Below are positions 32,365 to 42,490 of a stretch of DNA of 64,000 nucleotides, one piece after another. The number at the start of each line of letters is the position of its first letter. Position 1 is the first letter of the stretch. Under the pieces are notes generated by a model that did not search any database, was not told the DNA's origin, and worked only from the letters and a program-made list of their open reading frames with translations. Source of the stretch: Gammaproteobacteria bacterium (lineage in GTDB: Bacteria; Pseudomonadota; Gammaproteobacteria; UBA4575); the NCBI GenBank assembly GCA_013001685.1, contig JABDMD010000184.1, positions 5,139-69,138 of the forward strand, given 5' to 3'. The position numbers were made by a program, and so were the translations under genes.

Positions 32365-35145
32365 ATGGATAAAACCTATAAGCCCAAAGATATCGAACAA
32401 AAGTGGTATCAATTCTGGAAAAGCAATGATTATTTCTCTCCCTCAGGTGAAGTTGGCAACTCATACTGCATCATGATCCCACCACCCAATGTAACCGGAA
32501 CGTTACATATGGGACATGCATTCAATAACACACTGATGGATTGTTTAACTCGTTATCACCGCATGTGTGGCTATAACACCCTATGGCAACCCGGCACGGA
32601 TCATGCTGGCATCGCTACGCAAATGGTGGTTGAACGACAATTGAATGCCGAAAATAAAACTCGCCATGACTTAGGCCGTGAAAAGTTCGTAGACAAGGTT
32701 TGGGAATGGAAGGAACGATCAGGCAATACTATTTACGGCCAATTAGAACGCATGGGTTCTTCATTAGATTGGTCGCGCGAACGCTTTACCATGGACGAAG
32801 GGCTTTCAGAAGCCGTCAAACAAGTGTTTGTACGCCTGTATGACGAAGGCTTAATTTATCGCGGCAAACGCTTGGTGAATTGGGATCCTAAACTTCATAC
32901 CGCAGTTTCAGACTTAGAAGTGCTCTCGGAAGAAGAAAACGGTCACATGTGGCATATGCGTTATCCACTTGTTGATGCAAAAATGTCAGACGGTAATGAC
33001 TATTTAATAGTAGCGACAACTAGACCTGAAACCATGTTGGGTGATAGTGCGGTTGCTGTGCATCCTGAAGATGAACGTTATAAAGGCATTATTGGTAAGA
33101 AAGTAAAACTTCCTTTAACTGAACGAGAAATACTAATAATTGCGGATGACTATGTTGACCCAGAATTTGGTTCGGGTTGCGTAAAGATCACTCCTGCACA
33201 TGATTTTAATGATTATGAAGTTGGGCAACGTCACGATTTAGAAATAATTAATATATTCACTATCGATGCCAAGATTAATGATAATGCGCCTGCTGCATAT
33301 CAAGGTCTAGACCGTTACGAAGCGCGCAAAAAAATAGTTACAGATCTTGAAGAACTAGGCTTACTTGCCGAAGTAAAAGATCATAAATTAATGGTGCCAC
33401 GTGGTGACCGCTCCGGCGTCGTAGTGGAACCTTACTTAACTGATCAGTGGTATGTAAAAATTCAGCCGCTTGCTGATCCTGCCATAAAAGCCGTTAAGGA
33501 TGGCGATATACAATTTGTTCCAGAAAATTGGAGCAAAACCTATTTTGAATGGATGAATAATATTCAAGACTGGTGTATCAGCCGTCAACTATGGTGGGGC
33601 CATCGCATCCCAGCCTGGTATGACAATGAGGGTAATATCTATGTTGCCGAAGATGAAGCAACTGTACGCAAAAAATATAAATTAGACGCCAACATTGAAC
33701 TCAGTCAGGACGAAGATGTTTTAGACACCTGGTTCTCATCTGCACTGTGGCCATTCTCAACTTTAGGCTGGCCTGAGCAAACTCCCGAATTAAAAACCTT
33801 TTACCCAAGCTCAGTACTCATCACGGGATTCGATATTATTTTTTTCTGGGTTGCACGCATGATCATGATGGGATTGAAGTTTATGGACAACGTGCCTTTC
33901 GAGAAAGTATATATCCACGGACTAGTGCGTGATGCGGATGGACAAAAGATGTCCAAGTCTAAAGGTAATGTTTTAGACCCAATCGATATTATTGATGGTA
34001 TTGATCTAGAGAAGTTAATAAAGAAGCGCACTACCGATCTTATGCAACCTGAGATGGCTTCTAAAATTGAAAAAGCTACCCGCAAACAGTATCCAGACGG
34101 CATCAAAGCTTACGGCACAGATGCGATGCGTTTTTCATTTGCTGCGCAGGCGTCCACAGGACGAGACATTAAATTTGATTTAAACCGAATCGAAGGCTAT
34201 CGAAATTTCTGCAATAAGCTCTGGAATGCCACGCGTTTTGTATTGATGAATTGCAAAGACAAAGAGATTGCTAGTCATATAGACAAACAAAAACTCACTT
34301 TGGCTGATCGTTGGATTCTCTGCAAGCAACAGGAAGTTATCGACCTCACGCACAAGCATTTAAATAATTATCGCTTTGATCTTGTCGCACAAGCCTTATA
34401 TGAATTTTCCTGGCATGAATTTTGTGATTGGTATGTAGAGTTATGCAAACCAACTTTATTTAAAGATGATGTTGATGAAAGCATCAAACAGAATTCACGT
34501 CGTGTGCTACTAGAAGTGTTAGAGAATTTATTAAAATTACTTCATCCGATCATTCCATTCCTAACTGAAGAAATATGGCAACCGATCGCAAAAGAATTAA
34601 AACTAGCCGGCAATAGCATCTCTACACAAGACTTCCCAAGAAGCAACAATGACTATGTAGACGTTGAAAGTTTAGAAGAACTCGAATGGTCAAAAGAATT
34701 TATTAATGGTATTCGAAAAATACGTTCCGAAATGGAAATCCCTCCCGGCAAACCATTAAGAATTTTGCTGCAAAATTGGTCCATACAAGACCAAAGTTAT
34801 TTTGAAAACAGCCAGCAATACATTTACTCGTTGGCAAAAGTTGAAAACATCGAATGGTTAAAAGATGATGCTGCACCTGAATCTGCTACAGCCTTAGTCG
34901 GTGAAATGAAAATCCTCATTCCTCTGGCAGGATTAATAGACAAAGATGCCGAAAGCGCAAGATTAGAAAAAGAAATCAAAAAACTAGAGTCTAATATAGA
35001 AAAAAGTTTAGCAAAATTAAATAACCCTAACTTTTCCGAGAAAGCACCAGCGGATGTTGTAAACAAAGAACGTGAACGAGTTTCAGAAATGCAAACTTCA
35101 TTTCAGCAACTTAAAGAACAGTTAGATAAAATAACAAAGCTATAG
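32365..35145 (+). CDS. valS: Valine--tRNA ligase
   Basis: 926 aa class I aaRS. HIGH region ([12 protein letters not shown]), KMSKS motif and C-terminal coiled coil. Confidence 0.9.
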   Translation: MDKTYKPKDIEQKWYQFWKSNDYFSPSGEVGNSYCIMIPPPNVTGTLHMGHAFNNTLMDCLTRYHRMCGYNTLWQPGTDHAGIATQMVVERQLNAENKTRHDLGREKFVDKVWEWKERSGNTIYGQLERMGSSLDWSRERFTMDEGLSEAVKQVFVRLYDEGLIYRGKRLVNWDPKLHTAVSDLEVLSEEENGHMWHMRYPLVDAKMSDGNDYLIVATTRPETMLGDSAVAVHPEDERYKGIIGKKVKLPLTEREILIIADDYVDPEFGSGCVKITPAHDFNDYEVGQRHDLEIINIFTIDAKINDNAPAAYQGLDRYEARKKIVTDLEELGLLAEVKDHKLMVPRGDRSGVVVEPYLTDQWYVKIQPLADPAIKAVKDGDIQFVPENWSKTYFEWMNNIQDWCISRQLWWGHRIPAWYDNEGNIYVAEDEATVRKKYKLDANIELSQDEDVLDTWFSSALWPFSTLGWPEQTPELKTFYPSSVLITGFDIIFFWVARMIMMGLKFMDNVPFEKVYIHGLVRDADGQKMSKSKGNVLDPIDIIDGIDLEKLIKKRTTDLMQPEMASKIEKATRKQYPDGIKAYGTDAMRFSFAAQASTGRDIKFDLNRIEGYRNFCNKLWNATRFVLMNCKDKEIASHIDKQKLTLADRWILCKQQEVIDLTHKHLNNYRFDLVAQALYEFSWHEFCDWYVELCKPTLFKDDVDESIKQNSRRVLLEVLENLLKLLHPIIPFLTEEIWQPIAKELKLAGNSISTQDFPRSNNDYVDVESLEELEWSKEFINGIRKIRSEMEIPPGKPLRILLQNWSIQDQSYFENSQQYIYSLAKVENIEWLKDDAAPESATALVGEMKILIPLAGLIDKDAESARLEKEIKKLESNIEKSLAKLNNPNFSEKAPADVVNKERERVSEMQTSFQQLKEQLDKITKL

Positions 35146-35199
35146 GCTGATAAGCTGTTAGCCGCAAGGAATAAATGACACGGGAATTCAGGAGTAGAG

Positions 35200-35706
35200 A
35201 TGAACGACCAAGTTACACAAGAAAAAAAACTGTTCATGACTCGCTTAATGACGCCAGATATGGCTAATTTTGCTGGAAATGTTCATGGCGGTACTATACT
35301 TAAACTATTAGATGAAGCTGCATTTTCTTGCGCATCTCGTTATTGCAAAATGTATGTAATGACTGCTGCCTTAGATCATGTGGAATTTAAGTCTCCCATC
35401 ACAGTTGGAGATCTTGTGACTTTCAAATGCAATATAAATTACGTGGGCCGCAGCTCAATGGAAGTAGGCATACGTGTGGAAGGTGAAAAGATTAGAGATA
35501 AAACAAAATATCATGCTATCTCATGCTACTTCACCATGTTATGTGTCAATGAAAAAGGTACGCCTCAGCAAGCACCCAAATTACAGATAGAATCTGAAAC
35601 CGAACAAAAACTTTTTGAAGCTGGCAAAATGCGCCGCGAAATGCGCAAAGAAACTAAAGAGAGAAACCTTCAGCTTCACGTCGGCATCGATACTATTATT
35701 GCTTAG
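35200..35706 (+). CDS. Acyl-CoA thioesterase (hotdog fold, YciA-like)
   Basis: 168 aa. Hotdog thioesterase pattern (NFAGNVHGGTILKLLDEAA). Confidence 0.65.
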   Translation: MNDQVTQEKKLFMTRLMTPDMANFAGNVHGGTILKLLDEAAFSCASRYCKMYVMTAALDHVEFKSPITVGDLVTFKCNINYVGRSSMEVGIRVEGEKIRDKTKYHAISCYFTMLCVNEKGTPQQAPKLQIESETEQKLFEAGKMRREMRKETKERNLQLHVGIDTIIA

Positions 35707-35713
35707 ACTTAAT

Positions 35714-35923
35714 TTATTCAGTCTCTTTCTTTAAATCTTTGCAAGCATTCATAAACTGTTCACGAGTAATTTCGCCATTTGTATAAAGACGCAAATATTT
35801 TTTCGCTTTATCATTCTCTCCAGCCCATTCCAGAGTATCCAAAAATTCCCTTTGCTCTTTCCCATTCAGACCATATAACCTCCGCGCCATTTCTATCGAT
35901 CTAAATCCTGCGCTCATATTCAT
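35714..35923 (-). CDS. Hypothetical small protein
   Basis: 69 aa, charged and helical. No recognised family. Confidence 0.3.
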   Translation of the reverse strand: MNMSAGFRSIEMARRLYGLNGKEQREFLDTLEWAGENDKAKKYLRLYTNGEITREQFMNACKDLKKETE

Positions 35924-36006
35924 TACCTCACGGAAACTAATAACATCACTAATTTGACTTAAAAGCTCTTTTAAAAGTTTACCCTGTAAAATTATTTCCT
36001 AACCAG

Positions 36007-36369
36007 TTACGGGATAACAGAAAGCCTTACCTTTTTACCAACTTGTTGTGCTAATTCTACTTTATTTATGCAATCTTCAAGCTCTTCGAGTAGATCGTTA
36101 TTGTTACTTAATTTCTTAGATTTTCCACCAACTATAGCTATGATCAATTGAGAAAATGTATCCTTCACTTCAGCAGGTTCAATATAATTAACTTCTGTAT
36201 CTCCACCAAATTCTGCTGCAATTACAGAATAATCTAAGAATTCACTAAATTCTTTTACCCCAATTTCTTTCGCAAGTTTATTAAGTTGTTTCTCATGCAT
36301 TAATACAATGCTGTGATCCCAATCATCATCTTCTTGCCCTTCCTGTAAAACCCAAACTGTATTTCCCAT
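36007..36369 (-). CDS. Hypothetical acidic protein
   Basis: 120 aa, strongly acidic. Its ATG lies 9 nt after the stop of the upstream ORF, in the same frame, preceded by GAGAAG. Confidence 0.4.
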   Translation of the reverse strand: MGNTVWVLQEGQEDDDWDHSIVLMHEKQLNKLAKEIGVKEFSEFLDYSVIAAEFGGDTEVNYIEPAEVKDTFSQLIIAIVGGKSKKLSNNNDLLEELEDCINKVELAQQVGKKVRLSVIP

Positions 36370-36378
36370 TTCTGCTTC

Positions 36379-36714
36379 TCAAGCAATTTTTAAATCTGCA
36401 TCGGATCTTGAATATTTGTCATGCAGAGAGCGTATAAAATCAGCTTTGAAATCGACCTGATCAGAACCTAGCTTTTCAAGAAAACGGCACGATGCGTAAT
36501 TCATAGCAGCTATCTCGTATTTCTTTACCCAATCAAATCTTTCAGACATTCTCTCGCCCTTAATTGGCCAAACGTCCGGCCTGGGTTTAAGTCTTTCGAT
36601 TCCTATCCACCATGGCTTGGGACAAACTCTGGCACGAAAACAATTTTGGTTTTTACACATACGTACATAAATGGGGTCTGAACGAAGTTCTTGTAACAGC
36701 ATCTGCGCATCCAC
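36379..36714 (-). CDS. Hypothetical Cys-containing protein (CxxxxCxxxxxC)
   Basis: 111 aa. Its GTG start directly abuts the TAA stop of the upstream membrane ORF in the same frame. An alternative ATG start lies 4 codons in. Confidence 0.4.
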   Translation of the reverse strand: MDAQMLLQELRSDPIYVRMCKNQNCFRARVCPKPWWIGIERLKPRPDVWPIKGERMSERFDWVKKYEIAAMNYASCRFLEKLGSDQVDFKADFIRSLHDKYSRSDADLKIA

Positions 36715-37140
36715 TTAATGCGGGTCAAATTTTTTGTGCATTATCATTACACGATAACCATTTGGACTCCTATAAACACGCAAATGCCAATCTTGATGAT
36801 GTTTAGAGAAATCTCGGATTCTTTGCAAGGCAAGATGATCTTCACTACCCAACACCAAATGCACTAAATTGAATAGAATATTTCCCAACATAGGAACAAT
36901 ACCAATATTTAAGAATAAGAGAGCAAAAAATAATAGCCAAGATTTCATATAAGTCGAAGCAACAATCACACATGCAAGATAAATAAAAAACACCGCCAAA
37001 TAAAGCATGCCACTAGGCTCTTTATTAGTATCTATATCTGGAAATAGCACATCGGGCGTATTAATACACAATGCACCATAGGAGTTACGCGTAATTACTG
37101 AATCTCTATGTCGACTAACAATCTCTTCACGAATAGGCAC
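36715..37140 (-). CDS. Hypothetical two-helix membrane protein
   Basis: 141 aa. Two strongly hydrophobic helices in the centre. The GTG start is uncertain: there is no upstream ATG and the frame stays open 29 codons further upstream. Confidence 0.4.
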   Translation of the reverse strand: MPIREEIVSRHRDSVITRNSYGALCINTPDVLFPDIDTNKEPSGMLYLAVFFIYLACVIVASTYMKSWLLFFALLFLNIGIVPMLGNILFNLVHLVLGSEDHLALQRIRDFSKHHQDWHLRVYRSPNGYRVMIMHKKFDPH

Positions 37141-37389
37141 GCCTTCTGCACCGTTATAAGGAATTTTGGGTTCAGTCCTGCGAACCTTCTCTCCTGATTG
37201 ACGAAGAGAAAAAGCCTCAGTTACACGCTATTGTGCATGTTTTTGCGCACTTTGCTAATTTTCGTCAGACCAACCAAATCTCTTAATCGTTACTTGCCGA
37301 CCATCGATTATTTTCTTTTCTTTAGCCTCAGCCCAATACTGTGAAACTAACATTTAAGCTTTCTTTAGTCTTTCTAAAGTTAAGATTTA

Positions 37390-37602
37390 CTATTTTAGTA
37401 GGATACGAATTTTATCCTGCCCAACCTCTATAATATCACCAGAAACAATTTTCTTTCTTTTCTTGGTTTCCACATTACTATTCACCAAAACCAAGCCTTC
37501 AGCAATAACTGCCTTAGCTTCACCGCCACTAGTAACCATGCTTTCAAATTTGAGAATTTTATAAAGCTCAATAGGCTCATGAAAGATTTCTACTACTCTC
37601 AT
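37390..37602 (-). CDS. S4-domain ribosome-associated RNA-binding protein (YbcJ-like)
   Basis: 70 aa. Pattern GGEAKAVIAEGLVLVNSNVETKKRKKIVSGDII resembles E. coli YbcJ. Confidence 0.6.
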   Translation of the reverse strand: MRVVEIFHEPIELYKILKFESMVTSGGEAKAVIAEGLVLVNSNVETKKRKKIVSGDIIEVGQDKIRILLK

Positions 37603-37636
37603 TTTATGGATTGTATTTAGACAAAAGTATTAGATA

Positions 37637-37661
37637 GGTTTCAATATTTAATATTGAAACC
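37637..37661. repeat. Perfect 12-bp-arm palindrome ggtttcaatatt-t-aatattgaaacc between cspA and the ybcJ-like gene
   Basis: Read directly from the sequence. It lies about 35 nt upstream of the ybcJ-like start and about 145 nt downstream of the cspA stop. Confidence 0.8.
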
Positions 37662-37803
37662 ATGTTTTAGTAATGAATCGTTCATTTCCAACGATTCATC
37701 AGTTATTGATACTTAACGCAACAACTAGACACGCTTTACAGCATGGTCTAGCTGTATAAATATTTACTAAAGGTAAATTGCGTTAAGAAGAAGGGGGAAC
37801 TAA

Positions 37804-38010
37804 TTAGATAGCTTTTACTTTATTAGCGCATGGTCCTTTCTGACCTTCGCCTACTTCGTATTCTACTTTTTGTCCGTCATTGAGTGTTGCATAACCGCCA
37901 CCACTTTGAATTTCAGAATGGTGCACAAACAAGTCTTTACCACCATCTTCTGGAGTGATGAAGCCAAAGCCTTTGTCTGCATTGAACCATTTTACTGTAC
38001 CGTTACTCAT
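37804..38010 (-). CDS. cspA: Cold-shock protein (CspA family)
   Basis: 68 aa. [21 protein letters not shown]1 motif and VHHSEI RNP2-like motif. Confidence 0.85.
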   Translation of the reverse strand: MSNGTVKWFNADKGFGFITPEDGGKDLFVHHSEIQSGGGYATLNDGQKVEYEVGEGQKGPCANKVKAI

Positions 38011-38189
38011 ATTGTGTTTTTCCTAATTTAATGAATCTTAATGTAATCGAGGCTTACTGCTTTTGAACAGACTTAGCTATTCACAACCATGACGTCTCAA
38101 TAGGCCCACATGCTAATCATTTTCTAGCCATAACGCCAATAAAAAAGAGATTCCTAGCCTTTTTATCAATATTTATCGCAGATTTTATA

Positions 38190-38507
38190 TCAATTAGAGG
38201 TTGTTTCTTGCCCACAGCTCCAACAAATATTGAATTGCCCCTCAATCTCTTCTCCACAGTTACTGCATTTCCAGCTCTCAGAATTAGCTTTGATTGACTG
38301 CAAAAACTCATCAACGATTCTTTCAGCAGGAACTTTGTCCTCTTTATTCATTACCCATAATTCGGGCCACACCTCTGTAGGAGGCAGATCACCAACACCG
38401 CCCGAGAGAAGCTCATTTTTAATTATAGATTTAATCCCCTTGTCTTCAAGGAGATCTTTGAGATGATGGATAAAGATTGGATTCGGTTCTGAATAAACTC
38501 TTTTCAT
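38190..38507 (-). CDS. Small protein with C-terminal CxxC...CxxC zinc ribbon (DUF2007-like)
   Basis: 105 aa. C-terminus WKCSNCGEEIEGQFNICWSCGQE. The N-terminal half resembles the PII-like DUF2007 fold, from memory. Confidence 0.4.
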   Translation of the reverse strand: MKRVYSEPNPIFIHHLKDLLEDKGIKSIIKNELLSGGVGDLPPTEVWPELWVMNKEDKVPAERIVDEFLQSIKANSESWKCSNCGEEIEGQFNICWSCGQETTSN

Positions 38508-38541
38508 TCAAACATTATATCAAATGCCCAACGAGCCTTAG

Positions 38542-38898
38542 CTAGCGGAGCTTTAAGGTATAGCTTTTTTTACTTTCACCCGTCTTAGAACAAACCGCCA
38601 CTATAGTTACTTCACTAACTTCGTTAGGAATACTGACCCCTAAAAGATTGCGCGTAAAAGGCTGTTCTTTGACATGTGGATGATGAAGTACACGTTCACC
38701 GATTAGCTTTCCATCAGCGGAGTATATACGCCAAGCATTTGCATAGTGCTCCCAACCTTCATCAGAATGTTCTACCGTTACAGAAATATTATATTTCTGT
38801 GCAGGTGTTTGCTCTGCCTTGACTTTAATAATTTCTGCATCACTGGCAAGACACAAACTCGAAAAGATTGCCAATAAAAATACAATTAAAATTCGCAT
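38542..38898 (-). CDS. Hypothetical secreted protein
   Basis: 118 aa. Clear signal peptide MRILIVFLLAIFSSLCLA. Confidence 0.4.
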   Translation of the reverse strand: MRILIVFLLAIFSSLCLASDAEIIKVKAEQTPAQKYNISVTVEHSDEGWEHYANAWRIYSADGKLIGERVLHHPHVKEQPFTRNLLGVSIPNEVSEVTIVAVCSKTGESKKSYTLKLR

Positions 38899-38916
38899 GA
38901 TTACTTTCCTGGCTAA

Positions 38917-39339
38917 TTACTCTTTAGCAAATATCTGGCTCATGTCCTTAAAGGACTTGAATTCTAGATAATTATTACTTGGATCTTGTATAAACATAGT
39001 CGCTTGTTCACCGACCTGCCCTTTAAAGCGGATACATGGCTCAATATGGAATTTGACCATTTCACGCTTCAGACGTTCCGCTAGATGCTCCCATTCACCC
39101 CAATTTAGAACAATACCAAAGTGCCTAACCGGTACATCATGCTCATCTACTGGATTGGATGGAGTAAACATGTCCTCATGATCGTATAGGTGTGCGCTGA
39201 GTTGATGACCATGAAAATTAAAGTCTATCCAACGTTTATCTTCACGCCCAACCGCGCAGCCAAGCATATCGACATAAAATGTTCGAGTCTTCTCTATATC
39301 ATAGACTGGGAACGCTAAATGAAATACGGATGTAGCCAT
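38917..39339 (-). CDS. VOC (glyoxalase/bleomycin-resistance/dioxygenase) family protein
   Basis: 140 aa. VOC-like beta-alpha-beta-beta-beta pattern with His/Glu metal ligands (HLAFPV..., ...EF). Confidence 0.55.
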   Translation of the reverse strand: MATSVFHLAFPVYDIEKTRTFYVDMLGCAVGREDKRWIDFNFHGHQLSAHLYDHEDMFTPSNPVDEHDVPVRHFGIVLNWGEWEHLAERLKREMVKFHIEPCIRFKGQVGEQATMFIQDPSNNYLEFKSFKDMSQIFAKE

Positions 39340-39341
39340 AA

Positions 39342-40046
39342 TTAAAACACCATTTTGTTCTTTGGTTTTTTTGCGACGTTGTCACGCAAGTAAACTGGCA
39401 AAGCTTCTACAGCAGAAACACTATTATCCTGTTGAAAATACACATTTGCTAACTTCGCTACATGCTCTGCTTGTGGATATAGCTCTTCATCATAAGATAA
39501 TTTCTTTCCCATGGTTTCTTGCAGAACTCGCGCATAAGTTTTCCACCCTGAACCCACGCCGTAACATTTATCATTCACCTCTTCATTTACCATATTCGGA
39601 GGAGTAACTTTTTCTTCGCCAACCAGTTCCATTATTTTGTGAACATTGAATTTATATTGGCCAATATATACTTCTTGCATACGTGCATCGATACATGACA
39701 GTACTTGAGTTGCCTGCACAGACTCAAAAGCTGATTGAGCAAGCGCAGCCAAAGATGAAACCGGAACCACAGGCAGATCTTGCCCTAATGCGATTCCTTG
39801 TGTAACGCTGGCAGCTAAGCGCACACCGGTAAATGCACCTGGGCCCCTTCCAAAAGCAATTGCATCTAATTGTGAAAGACTAGTTTGACCTTGCGCTAGA
39901 ACTTGCTCGCACATGGATAAAATAATTTCATTATGTCGTCTAGGTGCAACTTCATTTATGGAAAATATTTCATTATTATCCAACAAGGCAGCAGAACATG
40001 ATTCTGTAGCGGTCTCAATGGCTAACAGCTTCATATTCAGACTCAC
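39342..40046 (-). CDS. tsaB: tRNA t6A37 threonylcarbamoyladenosine biosynthesis protein TsaB
   Basis: 234 aa YeaZ-like (LAIETATESCSAAL). Adjacent to a yoaA-like helicase as in E. coli. Start may be at 40034. Confidence 0.75.
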   Translation of the reverse strand: MSLNMKLLAIETATESCSAALLDNNEIFSINEVAPRRHNEIILSMCEQVLAQGQTSLSQLDAIAFGRGPGAFTGVRLAASVTQGIALGQDLPVVPVSSLAALAQSAFESVQATQVLSCIDARMQEVYIGQYKFNVHKIMELVGEEKVTPPNMVNEEVNDKCYGVGSGWKTYARVLQETMGKKLSYDEELYPQAEHVAKLANVYFQQDNSVSAVEALPVYLRDNVAKKPKNKMVF

Positions 40047-41979
40047 GTAATTCTAAAAAGTTTATCGCATCATCAAGACTCGAAGTACGCAACATATTCG
40101 GCAAACTATTAATGAATGTCTTGCCATAAGGTTTAGTAAGCATTCTAGGATCACAGATAACAACCACCCCATAATCTTCTTCATCGCGTATTAAGCGACC
40201 CACACCTTGCTTTAGAGAGATAACTGCTTGAGGTAGTTGATATTTCATGAATGGGTTCTCACCTGTCTGACGCAATGCCTGCAAACGTCCACTTAGCACT
40301 GGGTCGTCAGGCGCTGCAAACGGTAACTTATCGATTACTACGCAACTTAAGGCCTCACCTCGAATATCTACACCCTCCCAAAAACTACTAGTGCCCAATA
40401 ACACTGCATGATCTGTCTTGGAAAATATCGATAACAGTTCTCTGCGAGGTGAATCACCTTGAACTAGCAAAGTAAACTCCTCATGATCCGCAAGATAGTT
40501 TGCTGCGATACGCAAGGCCCGATGACTGGTGAATAATAAAAATGCACGTCCTTGATTGGCTTCTAAAATTGGCAGCACCGCATCGATAACTTTATGGGTG
40601 TAATTTTTATCATTAGGCTCAACACCAATAACTGGTAAATATAAGCGCGTATTGTTTTGGTAATCATAAGGACTATCCAACATCAATGTTTCGGCATCTA
40701 CTAAACCAAGTTGTTGTTGAAAATGATCAAACTTTGAATTTACTGTTAATGTTGCAGAAGTGAAGATCCAGCTGCATTTGTACTGCTGCATAAATTCTTG
40801 AAACGAGTCTGCTACTACTAATGGCGTGCTATGCAGCTTAAACCCTCGCTCAAAACATTCCAACCAATTTATTCTTTCTTCATTACCTTCTGAAATTAGA
40901 TACAAACCTTGTTCAATACGTTCACAACGCTCGACACATTTTGTCAACACCTTGCCACGATCACCCAATGGCGCGATCATCTCATATAATTCATGAACTG
41001 CTTTACATAGCGCATCAAATTGATCTTCAATCTTGGAAACAGAAATAATTTCATACCAGGGGAATCGACCATTTTTACCTGACAGCGCAAGCTGAAAATC
41101 TGCAACTGCTTTTTGCAACGCATCGACAACTGGCTGTATTTCTTTAACCTCTGGTGCCTCTTCAAGGTGCGCGGCAAGCACATCGCTCGCCAAATCATTC
41201 ATTTGCCTACTGCTGGTTGACGTTGCAAGAAAGGTACTCGCTAACTCAGGTAACTGATGTGCTTCATCGAATATTACTGAATTCGCACTTGGCAAAAGCT
41301 CTCCAAAGCCTTCCATCTTTAATGCTAGATCAGCAAAAAATAGATGGTGGTTTATTATGACTACATCTGCCTGCTGTGCTTTCTGCCGAGCTTTAATCAC
41401 ATGGCATTTATCATAACTCGGACATTCTGCCCCCAAACAGTTGTCTATGGTTGAGGTAACATTAGGCCACACCATATCGTTTTCATATATAGCGGTAACT
41501 TCTGCAATCTCACCTGTCTTGGTAAATTGAGACCACTCTTTAATAATATTTATTTTTTTAGCAAGTTGTCGATTATGCATTTGCGCATTGGGTCCATGAT
41601 GTTCCAATCTATACAAACAAAGATAGTTTGCGCGCCCTTTCAATAAAGCAGTCTTAACGGGTAACTTAAAAATCTTTAGAATGGTGGGCAGATCTTTAAA
41701 ATATAACTGGTCTTGCAGATGCTTAGTGCCGGTAGAGATAACTACTTTTTGTTTAGAGAGTAATGCTGGTATCAAATAAGCAAAGGTCTTACCTACACCT
41801 GTGCCTGCCTCAACTATTAGCTGACTATAATTATTTAATGCAGTTTCAACTGCATTACTCATGGATTGCTGCTGCGGACGATGACGAAAGTTTTCTAAAT
41901 ATTCAAACAACAAACCCTTTTCACTGAAAATACTTTTACTGATATTTTCGACGCTATGCGCTTCTTCCTTAGCTGACAT
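40015..41979 (-). CDS. DinG/YoaA-family ATP-dependent DNA helicase
   Basis: 654 aa. Walker A (EAGTGVGKT), DEAH box (FDEAHQL) and 4-Cys Fe-S insert typical of the DinG/Rad3 family. Confidence 0.75.
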   Translation of the reverse strand: MSAKEEAHSVENISKSIFSEKGLLFEYLENFRHRPQQQSMSNAVETALNNYSQLIVEAGTGVGKTFAYLIPALLSKQKVVISTGTKHLQDQLYFKDLPTILKIFKLPVKTALLKGRANYLCLYRLEHHGPNAQMHNRQLAKKINIIKEWSQFTKTGEIAEVTAIYENDMVWPNVTSTIDNCLGAECPSYDKCHVIKARQKAQQADVVIINHHLFFADLALKMEGFGELLPSANSVIFDEAHQLPELASTFLATSTSSRQMNDLASDVLAAHLEEAPEVKEIQPVVDALQKAVADFQLALSGKNGRFPWYEIISVSKIEDQFDALCKAVHELYEMIAPLGDRGKVLTKCVERCERIEQGLYLISEGNEERINWLECFERGFKLHSTPLVVADSFQEFMQQYKCSWIFTSATLTVNSKFDHFQQQLGLVDAETLMLDSPYDYQNNTRLYLPVIGVEPNDKNYTHKVIDAVLPILEANQGRAFLLFTSHRALRIAANYLADHEEFTLLVQGDSPRRELLSIFSKTDHAVLLGTSSFWEGVDIRGEALSCVVIDKLPFAAPDDPVLSGRLQALRQTGENPFMKYQLPQAVISLKQGVGRLIRDEEDYGVVVICDPRMLTKPYGKTFINSLPNMLRTSSLDDAINFLELRESEYEAVSH

Positions 41980-41993
41980 TGATCTTAATATTC

Positions 41994-42476
41994 TTAATCT
42001 TTAGGTATCAATATCACAGTTACATAGGCAGCAATACCTTCACTACTACCAACAAACCCCATACCTTCGTTAGTAGTTGCTTTAACATTTACATTAGCCA
42101 ATGAAATATTTAACAGATTACTCACGTTCTTTTGCATCTCAGGAATAATCGTTGCTAATTTGGGTTTTTCTAAAATGATAGTGCTATCAATATTTCCAAC
42201 TATATAATTTTTCTTGTCTAGTTTATTCACAACACTATTAACTAAAGTGCTACTATCAATATCTTTATATTTAGGATCATTATCAGGAAAGTGCTTGCCA
42301 ATATCTCCCATTGCTGCAGCACCCAATAACGCATCACAAAGTGCATGCAATAACACATCGCCATCAGAGTGTGCATCTAGACCTTTATCAAAGCTAATCT
42401 TTTCTCCACCTATCACAATATAATCACCATCTTTGAAACGATGCGAATCATAGCCAAAACCAATTCTTACGGACAT
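41994..42476 (-). CDS. ispF: 2-C-methyl-D-erythritol 2,4-cyclodiphosphate synthase
   Basis: 160 aa. Signature GYDSHRF and SDGDVLLHAL. Confidence 0.9.
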   Translation of the reverse strand: MSVRIGFGYDSHRFKDGDYIVIGGEKISFDKGLDAHSDGDVLLHALCDALLGAAAMGDIGKHFPDNDPKYKDIDSSTLVNSVVNKLDKKNYIVGNIDSTIILEKPKLATIIPEMQKNVSNLLNISLANVNVKATTNEGMGFVGSSEGIAAYVTVILIPKD

Positions 42477-42490
42477 TTTAGAGTACTTAC

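Noticed and set aside
35146-35199. Possible terminator hairpin after valS (GGCTGATAAGCTGTTAGCC)
   Set aside because: The arms are not truly complementary beyond 4 bp and there is no following T-tract.
36007-37353. Programmed stop-codon read-through or an alternative genetic code as the explanation for the in-frame TAG/TAA/TGA stops
   Set aside because: Neighbouring well-conserved genes terminate normally at TAA, TAG and TGA (for example lpxB at TAA, lpxA at TAG) with products of the expected length. The standard code therefore applies, and ordinary operon junctions or nonsense mutations are the more economical explanations.
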